Shown: positions 1 to 7,550 of the stretch, piece by piece
Layout of the letters: each line of letters starts with the position of its first letter
Numbering within the stretch: the first letter of the stretch is position 1
Assembly: GCA_944391505.1 (NCBI GenBank)
Contig: CALXTV010000001.1
Span: forward strand, 34,651-98,650
Reading direction: 5' to 3'
DNA: 64,000 nucleotides
DNA from: an uncultured Alphaproteobacteria bacterium
GTDB taxonomy: Bacteria > Pseudomonadota > Alphaproteobacteria > RF32 > CAG-239
Notes under the pieces: model-generated
Seen by the model: the letters and a program-made list of their open reading frames with translations, nothing else
Told to the model about the DNA's origin: nothing
Database searches by the model: none
Program-made: the position numbers and the translations under genes

Positions 1-363
1 CGCAGGGTGCACACCGGTCTTGATGGCATAGTTTTCAGCCGGCAGCCCGAAAGCGTCAAAGCCCATCGGATACAAAACGTTAAAACCCTGCATGCGTTTT
101 TTGCGGGCAATTACGTCCAAAGCGGTATAAGAGCGCGGATGCCCTACATGCAAACCGGCACCGGACGGATACGGGAACTCGACCAGAGCGTAAAACTTCT
201 CTTTATTATGATCGATTTCAACCTTGTAAGCTTTCTCGTCGTCCCATATCTTCTGCCATTTTTTCTCAATGGTATGAAAATTGTATCTGTCTTCCAGCGC
301 CCATTCCTTGCGCCACTCTTCAAAACTTGCTTTGCCGTTGTATCTGGCGTTCTTTTCGGTCAT
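1..363 (-). CDS. leuS: Leucine--tRNA ligase, 5' part (runs off window edge)
   Basis: Manual translation from ATG at 363: ...[61 protein letters not shown]; class I HIGH-type motif HVGH. Not in the supplied ORF track. Confidence 0.95.
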   Translation of the reverse strand, partial: MTEKNARYNGKASFEEWRKEWALEDRYNFHTIEKKWQKIWDDEKAYKVEIDHNKEKFYALVEFPYPSGAGLHVGHPRSYTALDVIARKKRMQGFNVLYPMGFDAFGLPAENYAIKTGVHPA

Positions 364-369
364 TTTTGT

Positions 370-840
370 TTATTCCTCTCTAGCCGCTAAATCTCTTCTG
401 TACAGTTTTCTGGCCTGGGTCAGGATCGCATTTTCAATCTCCCCGGACAATCTTTTGTCCGGAGTTTCGTTAACCCATGCACCGTCACGCAAAACGCGTT
501 TAAAAACAGCCACTTTCAGACAGTCGGCACGCAGATTGCGAGACAAAATATTGACGGTAATTTTGAACTGTTCGTTCTGAATGTCGTCCATCGCCGCCCA
601 ATCGGTAATAATCACCCCGCCGGCAGAATCCGCCGATGCCAGGGGCATAAAGGCCAATTTGCCGAGTGCCGCCTGCCACAAATACGGATTGACACCGACA
701 ATCTCCTCGACCGGCGCCTCTTTTTCAACTTCGGCGGCGGCATCGTCGGAAAACGGATTAAGAGATGACATCGACGGCAGTTGCGAACAACCGGAAACCA
801 TCAGCATTGCAGCGAGAACCGAGCTTAATTGCTTTCTCAT
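370..840 (-). CDS. DUF3576-like lipoprotein
   Basis: Lipobox-like VSGC; GVNPYLWQAAL...PLASADSAGGVIITDW motif; usual alphaproteobacterial position upstream of leuS. Confidence 0.8.
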   Translation of the reverse strand: MRKQLSSVLAAMLMVSGCSQLPSMSSLNPFSDDAAAEVEKEAPVEEIVGVNPYLWQAALGKLAFMPLASADSAGGVIITDWAAMDDIQNEQFKITVNILSRNLRADCLKVAVFKRVLRDGAWVNETPDKRLSGEIENAILTQARKLYRRDLAAREE

Positions 841-989
841 CGGACAAACCTTTCTCTCAAATTACCACATTGCACCCAAAGTATAATACTTTTCATGAAA
901 AGACAAGTCACTTACGCCATTTTCTCACTTGTAATTCATACGGCTTTTGCATAAGATAAGCAAAAATCACTTTTGATAAGGAACAGACG

Positions 990-2285
990 ATGTCAGCCCC
1001 CCGTCAAACCGCCGCCGAAATGCTTCAAAAAGTTCTGACCGAAAAGGCCTTTTTCAGCGAAGTTAAAAATGAAGCCGATTCGCTTGCGGGCAAAGATGCC
1101 GCTTTTGCCAATATGCTGGTTTTGACGGCATTGCGCCGGCTGGTCTTCATCAAAAAGGTTCTCAAACAATATGCCCGCAAAAAACTTCCGGAAAAAGCAG
1201 CTTTCGCCGAATTTGCCCTGTTGCTCGGCCTGACCGAAATTCTGTTTATGGAAACTCCGGATTATGCCGTCATCAACAGCTGGGTTGAAATAATCAAAAA
1301 AAGAACGGACAAATACGTTGCCGGATTCGCCAATGCCGTCCTCCGCAAAGCCTGTACCGATCGCGAAGAACTGAAAAGTCGCGATGCCGGCGAATTTTTC
1401 ACTTCCGAATTTTACCGGATTCTCAATCACGCCTACGGCAAAAGAACCGTTTCCCAAATACAGGCGGCCTCATTGCAGGAACCGGCGCTTGACCTTACGG
1501 TCAAAAGCGATCCGGCGGGCTGGGCACAAAAGCTCGGCGGTTTGCTGCTGCCGACCGGTTCCGTCAGACTGAAAAACGGCGGCCGCATTTCCGAAATCGA
1601 AGGATATGAAAGCGGCGGTTGGTGGGTTCAGGATGCGGCCGCGGCTCTGCCGGCCAAATGTCTCGGAGACATTTGCGGCCTGAAAATTCTGGATATGTGC
1701 GCCGCCCCCGGCGGCAAAACCGCCCAGCTCATCAACGGCGGCGCCGAGGTAACCTCTCTGGACATTTCCGAAACCCGGCTTAAGAAATTGCGTGACAATA
1801 TGGCGCGCCTGCATTTTCCGCTCCCGGAAACAATCTGTGCCGACGGCACAGACTATTTGCAAAATTATAAGGGAAAACCGTTTGACGCCATTCTCCTTGA
1901 TGCCCCCTGTTCGGCCACCGGAACCCTTCGTCGTCACCCGGAACTGGTCCACATCAAGACAACCGCAGACATTGAAAAACAAATTATCCTGCAGCAAAAA
2001 CTGCTCAATGCCGCTTCTTCGGCTCTCAATATCGGCGGCTTTCTGGTCTACTGCGTCTGCTCAATAGCCAAAGCGGAAGGAGAAGAACAAATAAAAAGTT
2101 TCTTGGAAAAGCACGACAATTTCAAACTTTGCAAACTTTCCCCCAAAAATATTTGCTGCTGCGAAGGTCCAGATATTTCCGAGATATTCACACCCGAAGG
2201 CTGTATCCGCACTTTGCCCTTTCATCTGGCGGACTGCGGCGGTCTCGATTCTTTTTTCATTGCCAAACTGCAAAAGGTTGCCTGA
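990..2285 (+). CDS. rsmB: 16S rRNA m5C967 methyltransferase RsmB/Sun (NusB-like N-terminus)
   Basis: WWVQDAAA, DMCAAPGGKT, LLDAPCSATGT and VYCVCS motifs. Confidence 0.9.
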   Translation: MSAPRQTAAEMLQKVLTEKAFFSEVKNEADSLAGKDAAFANMLVLTALRRLVFIKKVLKQYARKKLPEKAAFAEFALLLGLTEILFMETPDYAVINSWVEIIKKRTDKYVAGFANAVLRKACTDREELKSRDAGEFFTSEFYRILNHAYGKRTVSQIQAASLQEPALDLTVKSDPAGWAQKLGGLLLPTGSVRLKNGGRISEIEGYESGGWWVQDAAAALPAKCLGDICGLKILDMCAAPGGKTAQLINGGAEVTSLDISETRLKKLRDNMARLHFPLPETICADGTDYLQNYKGKPFDAILLDAPCSATGTLRRHPELVHIKTTADIEKQIILQQKLLNAASSALNIGGFLVYCVCSIAKAEGEEQIKSFLEKHDNFKLCKLSPKNICCCEGPDISEIFTPEGCIRTLPFHLADCGGLDSFFIAKLQKVA

Positions 2286-3287
2286 ATGTTTTTTCGTAAA
2301 GATATTTTTAATGCCAAACCCGCCTCTCTTGAGGCGGAAATCGACCACGAAACAACCGAGGAAGACGATGTTAAAAGCCTTCCTTCCGACACACGCCCGG
2401 TCTACATCATCGGCGACAACGCCCTCACCTGCTATCTGGCCGCCAAAATAACCGATGCCGGACACAATGTCATTGTCATTGCCGGCAAAGGAAACAATGT
2501 CAGCCTTTCAACCAACGGCATCAGCCTCAAAGAAGACAGCAGTCTCAAACTCAGCCGTTACAAATTTACAACCTCGTTCTGGATAAAGGAAGAACCGAAA
2601 CTGGTCATCATTACGGCCGACGCCGGACACATCAATTCTTCCCTCGCGGCCGTTTCAAAAACCAAAATTGGCGGCGCACCCGTTTTGTGTTTCACGCCGC
2701 TGAAAGACATCAATTATCTAGAAGCCGTGGTCGGCGGAAATCTTTTCCGCGCCTTTTTCGACGGTTATCTGCAGATGGAAAACCAACAGGTCTTTTTGTA
2801 TGGCCGCGCACCGCAAATCAAAATCTGCAAAAACATTAACTGGGAAAAAGAAAATCCGTTTCCTGAACTCTTCTCCTACACCGGACTGAATATAAGTTAT
2901 GAGACAGACACGTCCCTTTGCTATTGGGAGTTTTTTGCACCCTATGCCGTCGGTTCGCTTCTGGCTGCCCTCAACAACAAAAACCTCTTCGACATAACCA
3001 AAGACAAACAGCTGCGCGACCAAATTCCGCTGCTGATTGCCGAAACCGCCGAAATCGCCGCCGGCGAAGGCCTGGAGCTGAACAAAGACGCCCTGGTCAA
3101 AAAACTTTACGCCGTGCCGATGAACTACCGCTTTCCGCTTCAGGACGAAATCAACGGCAGCGGCTGCGGGGAGACCAACCTCATCAGCTCAGTTCTGATG
3201 AACGCCGCCCGCAGCGGCAAAACCCGTTTTATGGACAGCAGGCTAAATAAAATCCTCAAACAGATTTATAACTTAATCTTAGTATAA
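2286..3287 (+). CDS. Ketopantoate reductase (PanE/ApbA)-like protein, degenerate
   Basis: Rossmann-like start VYIIGDNALTCYLA and PanE-like C-terminal region; canonical GxGxxG not intact. Confidence 0.5.
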   Translation: MFFRKDIFNAKPASLEAEIDHETTEEDDVKSLPSDTRPVYIIGDNALTCYLAAKITDAGHNVIVIAGKGNNVSLSTNGISLKEDSSLKLSRYKFTTSFWIKEEPKLVIITADAGHINSSLAAVSKTKIGGAPVLCFTPLKDINYLEAVVGGNLFRAFFDGYLQMENQQVFLYGRAPQIKICKNINWEKENPFPELFSYTGLNISYETDTSLCYWEFFAPYAVGSLLAALNNKNLFDITKDKQLRDQIPLLIAETAEIAAGEGLELNKDALVKKLYAVPMNYRFPLQDEINGSGCGETNLISSVLMNAARSGKTRFMDSRLNKILKQIYNLILV

Positions 3288-3368
3288 AAACGCTTTCCCG
3301 GTTGAAGAAAAAGAAGAAACGGATTATAAAAGGGAATAACCGTTTCAATTATCAAAAAGGTCCGGGTT

Positions 3369-4439
3369 ATGGATTTTACATATCTTATCACGATTGCCGC
3401 TTTTCTGGTTTGTTTTCTTGCCGTCCTGATCGGGTTACGCCTGATCGTATCCGGACAAACGTCGTCGGCTCCCGTTTCCGGAAACAAATGGTACGGCGAT
3501 TCTTTCCTGCCGGTTCTGCTGACAACCGTTACGGCTTTCATTCTTCTGTTTGCCTTTTCCGGACCGGCTTATGACCAGATATATCCTCTGAACTGGACGG
3601 ATATGCTGCCCTCTCTGATATCAATGACAGGTATATATTTCGTTTCCCTGTTTGCCAAAACCTCCCGTCTGACTTTTCCTGTTCTCATTGCCGGCATCAT
3701 CTTATGTACGGCTTTTCTTCCCGCAGACTTCACACTTTTTCAAAACAATCTGCCGTTCTGGGGTGACCGCTTGTGCATTGTTATCCTCTGGACCGGATTT
3801 GCCTGGTGTTTCCGCTATATGAACGGTTTGGAGGGCGTTGCCGTACTGCAGGCAACCGGGCTGACCGGCGGCTTGGTCATACTTTTTGTCCTCGGCGGCC
3901 TTCCGTTTTTGTACGGAAATTTTGCCGCCGCCCTGCTCGGCGCCTTAACCGCGCTGCTCATCTACAACTGGTATCCGGCAAAACTCCTGCTCAAAGACAG
4001 TGCCTGTGTTTCGCTCGGCTTTTTGCTCGGCTGGCTGATAATTCTGTCTGGACGCGAAGGTACGGCCAGTTGCGCTTTAATCTATATCACGTATTATATT
4101 CTGGAAATATGCTGGGCCGTCGGTCGCAAATTACTCTCCAAAGAGGGAAGTCTTGTCGCCAACACGCTTTATGACCGCCTAAACGTATCCGGCCTTTCGC
4201 CGGCCGAAATCTGCCAAAACATCGGCAAGCTTATGATCATTTTGCTGATATTGGGCAGTTTTCAACTTTACGCGCCCAACAATTATTCTCTGCCGACGGC
4301 CGCCGTATTCATCACGCTTTGGTTCATGGGCAAACTGAACAACTGGCAGGAACCACCGCAAAGTTTCAAGGATTTAAATCGTGAAGTTCTTCGCGACATC
4401 AAAGAAAACGTGGAAGATATAAAAAAGATAATTCGCTAA
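3369..4439 (+). CDS. MraY/WecA-like (glycosyltransferase family 4) membrane protein, divergent
   Basis: About 10 hydrophobic segments; YMNGLEG and YNWYPAKLLLKDS resemble the NxxDGxDG and NxxPAKIFMGD motifs. Confidence 0.65.
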   Translation: MDFTYLITIAAFLVCFLAVLIGLRLIVSGQTSSAPVSGNKWYGDSFLPVLLTTVTAFILLFAFSGPAYDQIYPLNWTDMLPSLISMTGIYFVSLFAKTSRLTFPVLIAGIILCTAFLPADFTLFQNNLPFWGDRLCIVILWTGFAWCFRYMNGLEGVAVLQATGLTGGLVILFVLGGLPFLYGNFAAALLGALTALLIYNWYPAKLLLKDSACVSLGFLLGWLIILSGREGTASCALIYITYYILEICWAVGRKLLSKEGSLVANTLYDRLNVSGLSPAEICQNIGKLMIILLILGSFQLYAPNNYSLPTAAVFITLWFMGKLNNWQEPPQSFKDLNREVLRDIKENVEDIKKIIR

Positions 4440-4457
4440 AGGGACTTTTGCAAAAAA

Positions 4458-5816
4458 ATGGAACTTTTCGGCGCATTAAAAAAACTTTTTCAAAATTCCG
4501 GCGGCCGTTCTGCCGAAACAACCGGAACCGTTCCGGCCGCCATGCCGCGTTTCAAAATAAAAGTCATCGAATTCAGCGACAACGTCGAAGGCAGCAGTGG
4601 CGAAATAATTGCCCGGCAGCTGTCGGCCAGAGAAGGTATCGAAGTCGGCTATTTTGATGAACCATTTAACAAAAGCTTCCTTAATCTGGAAAGCCGGACA
4701 CTGTTCGACCTCATTGACAAAGGACAAGCCATTTTAGATAAGACCGGAGCCGACGTTTTGCTCTGGGGCTGTCGGGAAGGCAACCGCATCCGCCTTAACT
4801 TTCAGGTTCCCAGTCAGTACGAAGACGAAGAACTGACCTTTGTCTCTCTGATGGACAGCCTGTATATTCCGGCCAGACCGGAAAACGAAATTTACCCGGA
4901 GGCCGTTATCAGCCTCATCTACGGAGGGTTGCTCAGCGCTGTAAAGACTTCCGGCGCACAGGCAAAGATTTACAAGCGCTACCTGTTGAAAAAAATCATC
5001 GACCGATTGTCAAAAGACAATTCTGCCAAAACGCTTTCCATAGAATATATGCCTTATATCATGAATTTTTTGGGCATTATTTACTTCAGTTACGCCTTTG
5101 ACAAATCCGACGGACATGATTTCAAAATTGTCAAAGGCCTTTTTGATACAGCGGTCAAGCATCAGGATTTGATAACCTCGCCAATTCATCTGGGCTGCAT
5201 TTATAACCACCTCGGACAGCTTTATGATTGCGCCACACGCTATATGGAAAAAAATCCTGCCTCATATTTCAAAGGAGCCATTGAATATTATCGGCTGGCA
5301 CAAAAATACCTCGGCAAATACACCTACCCCTACGATTACGGCTATATTTCCTATAAGTTGTCCAAACTGTTCTTCAATTACTGGCGCCAAAAAGAAGATC
5401 TTCAGGCGCTTCGCGATGCCGTTTTTCAGCTTCGCGAAGCCGAAAAAATTTATACTTACGCTTTATTTCCGGAATTTTGGGCAGAGATTCAGGGACAACT
5501 CGGCTACCTTTTGTCGCTGCTTGGCTCGTTTACCAAAAGCGAAGACATTTCGGAACTGGCGATTACCAGCTATAAAAACCGCCAAAAAGTCATTACCGAG
5601 CGGCGCGACCCGCTGCTCTGGGCCGAATGTTCGGAAAACATCGGCAACATCTATTACCGCATTGGCAAAAACAAAGAGGATCGTGCAGCTTTGGAAGAAG
5701 CGCTTGAATATTTCCACGACGCCCTGTATATTTTCGAAAACGCCCAGCTTCCCGAACAAACAAAAAAACTTACGGCCGACATCGCCCGCACCAACCAAAG
5801 CATAAATCTGCTCTGA
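4458..5816 (+). CDS. TPR-like helical repeat protein
   Basis: C-terminal helical repeats (WAEIQGQLGYLL, WAECSENIGNIYY, ALEYFHDAL). Confidence 0.6.
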   Translation: MELFGALKKLFQNSGGRSAETTGTVPAAMPRFKIKVIEFSDNVEGSSGEIIARQLSAREGIEVGYFDEPFNKSFLNLESRTLFDLIDKGQAILDKTGADVLLWGCREGNRIRLNFQVPSQYEDEELTFVSLMDSLYIPARPENEIYPEAVISLIYGGLLSAVKTSGAQAKIYKRYLLKKIIDRLSKDNSAKTLSIEYMPYIMNFLGIIYFSYAFDKSDGHDFKIVKGLFDTAVKHQDLITSPIHLGCIYNHLGQLYDCATRYMEKNPASYFKGAIEYYRLAQKYLGKYTYPYDYGYISYKLSKLFFNYWRQKEDLQALRDAVFQLREAEKIYTYALFPEFWAEIQGQLGYLLSLLGSFTKSEDISELAITSYKNRQKVITERRDPLLWAECSENIGNIYYRIGKNKEDRAALEEALEYFHDALYIFENAQLPEQTKKLTADIARTNQSINLL

Positions 5817-5821
5817 GCACC

Positions 5822-6274
5822 TTATACCTTCCCTTTCGGCGAGGCCTCGTCCAATATAATTTTTTCACCATAAATTTCAATTTTATGCCCCTGCATTTTA
5901 TAACCGTACGCCGCCGCAATTTTTTCCAGCACAACATCTAGTTCATCTGCCGAAAACTCCGTAATTGCGCCGCTCCGAACGTCTATTATGTGGTGGTGAT
6001 GATGTTCCGTCTCCGAAACTCTTTCATAAGTCGCCTCCATATTCGGAAATTCGTGTTTTTCAATCAGTCCGAGCGCGCAAAGCAAATTCAGTGTACGATA
6101 TACTGTTGCCAACCCCAGAGTTCTGTCCTTTTTTCTGGCTCTGCTCAATATTTCGTCCACCGTCAAATGTCCCCGGGCTTTTTCCAATACCGAAAACAAT
6201 GCCAAACGCGAGGACGTCAGGCTGATTCCCCTTTCCCGAAATGTTTTTTCAAAAGCCGACATAAATTTATCCAT
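5822..6274 (-). CDS. fur: Fur-family transcriptional regulator (start 6274 or 6262)
   Basis: LTSSRLALF, HLTVDEI, LGLATVYRTLNLL and HHHHII motifs. Confidence 0.85.
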   Translation of the reverse strand: MDKFMSAFEKTFRERGISLTSSRLALFSVLEKARGHLTVDEILSRARKKDRTLGLATVYRTLNLLCALGLIEKHEFPNMEATYERVSETEHHHHHIIDVRSGAITEFSADELDVVLEKIAAAYGYKMQGHKIEIYGEKIILDEASPKGKV

Positions 6275-6282
6275 AAAAAAGA

Positions 6283-6311
6283 TTGACACAATGCAAAGAA
6301 AATTTTATAAA
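6283..6311 (+). promoter_or_regulatory. Sigma70-type promoter divergent from fur
   Basis: TTGACA (6283-6288), 17 bp, TATAAA (6306-6311). Confidence 0.7.
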
Positions 6312-6312
6312 T

Positions 6313-6349
6313 TTATTTATTGAGAAAGATTATCATTCTCAATAAATAA
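6313..6349. promoter_or_regulatory. Fur box within a 14-bp-arm palindrome
   Basis: Reverse complement of 6322-6340 is GAGAATGATAATCTTTCTC, 16/19 to the consensus GATAATGATAATCATTATC; arms TTATTTATTGAGAA / TTCTCAATAAATAA. Confidence 0.75.
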
Positions 6350-6426
6350 GTCAACACAAAAATTAAACATCAAATATAACTCCTGAAACGACAATACGGA
6401 ACCGGCAACATCGGTTCCGTATTTTT
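6318..6426 (+). ncRNA. Putative Fur-regulated small RNA (RyhB/PrrF-like functional analogue)
   Basis: Promoter and Fur box followed about 100 nt later by an intrinsic terminator, no sense ORF; contains anti-SD seed ATATAACTCCTGAAA (6374-6388). Confidence 0.5.
6393..6426 (+). terminator. Intrinsic terminator
   Basis: AATACGGAACCG-gcaacat-CGGTTCCGTATT followed by TTT. Confidence 0.7.
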
Positions 6427-6509
6427 CATCATACCTAAAACTTCTTGCTCATATCGCCAAACAAAGGTATCATCTTTTTGTTTAATATCGTCTCGCAGGA
6501 GAGTATAAA

Positions 6510-6854
6510 ATGCAGCATTGCATAGAACCCAACATCAAAATCGAAGACACCGGTTTTGGCTATACCATGTCCATCATCGGTGGCAAATATAAAATGATAA
6601 TTCTCTATTGGCTGGGCGAGTTCGGGGTCCTGCGACACAATGCGCTGTATCGGCTGATTGGCAAAATTTCTTTCAAAATGCTGAGTTCTACCTTAAAAGA
6701 ACTTGAAGCGGACGGTCTGATTCTCCGCAAAGTATACCCGCAAATGCCGCCCAAAGTCGAATACAGCCTGTCTGCCAAAGGAAAATCTCTGATACCGATG
6801 CTGTTCGAACTTTGTGATTGGGGAGACCAAAACCGTCCGAAAATTAAATCATAG
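6510..6854 (+). CDS. HxlR-family winged-helix regulator
   Basis: IIGGKYKMIILYWL...LSSTLKELEADGLILRKVYPQMPPKVEYSLS. Confidence 0.9.
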   Translation: MQHCIEPNIKIEDTGFGYTMSIIGGKYKMIILYWLGEFGVLRHNALYRLIGKISFKMLSSTLKELEADGLILRKVYPQMPPKVEYSLSAKGKSLIPMLFELCDWGDQNRPKIKS

Positions 6855-7403
6855 GGAAGCTCCTAAATCTTTTGCCTCAGACAAAGCCTTATGACCTTTA
6901 ATATCACCAATTTTAAACACGCCGCCGGCAATAACGCATCCGAGATTATCCCACCCCATTTGCGCAAGCAACGCATTAAAATAATCTTTAACCGGTTTTG
7001 CATTATCCAGCGTATCACCTTCGGCCGCCATTAACAAAAGACACCCTTTCTTCGGATTTTCATAATTTTCATTACATTCGGCGACGGCAAATAAACGGTC
7101 AAAGGCACATTTCAGTTGGCCTGAAATACTCCAATAATACATCGGCGAAGCCAAGACCAAAATATCGGCCGCAGCATATTCCGGATAAATTTTCTGCATA
7201 TCGTCTTTCTGCACACACGGACTGCTTTTGTCTTTACCGCCGCCAAAGCAACCCAAACAGCCATGAATATTCATTTTTTGCAAATCAAAACATTTTACTT
7301 CATGTCCCTTGCTTTGAGCTCCTTCCGTAAAGGCTTCAATTAAAGCCTTGGTATTGCCGTTTTGCCGCGGACTTCCGTTCAAAATCACGATTTTTTTAGT
7401 CAT
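6849..7403 (-). CDS. Flavodoxin-family / NADPH-dependent FMN reductase (iron-sulfur flavoprotein-like)
   Basis: LNGSPRQNGNT, CxGCxxC...C (CLGCFGG...CVQKDDM), ASPMYYWSISGQLK; start MTKK at 7403. Confidence 0.85.
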   Translation of the reverse strand: MTKKIVILNGSPRQNGNTKALIEAFTEGAQSKGHEVKCFDLQKMNIHGCLGCFGGGKDKSSPCVQKDDMQKIYPEYAAADILVLASPMYYWSISGQLKCAFDRLFAVAECNENYENPKKGCLLLMAAEGDTLDNAKPVKDYFNALLAQMGWDNLGCVIAGGVFKIGDIKGHKALSEAKDLGASL

Positions 7404-7550
7404 TGCTGCTCCTTTCGTCATAATCAAATCAAACCGTATATACCTTAATCCAAACTTCTCATTTCGCAATACTAACAATTTCGTATAATACTAACCTTTG
7501 AGTGAGTTATCCTAACCATAACAACACAATATCCATTAAATCGAGGGAGA

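Noticed and set aside
7468-7495. Direct repeat AATACTAAC x2 upstream of the flavodoxin gene as an HxlR operator
   Set aside because: Plausible but short and AT-rich; not enough support
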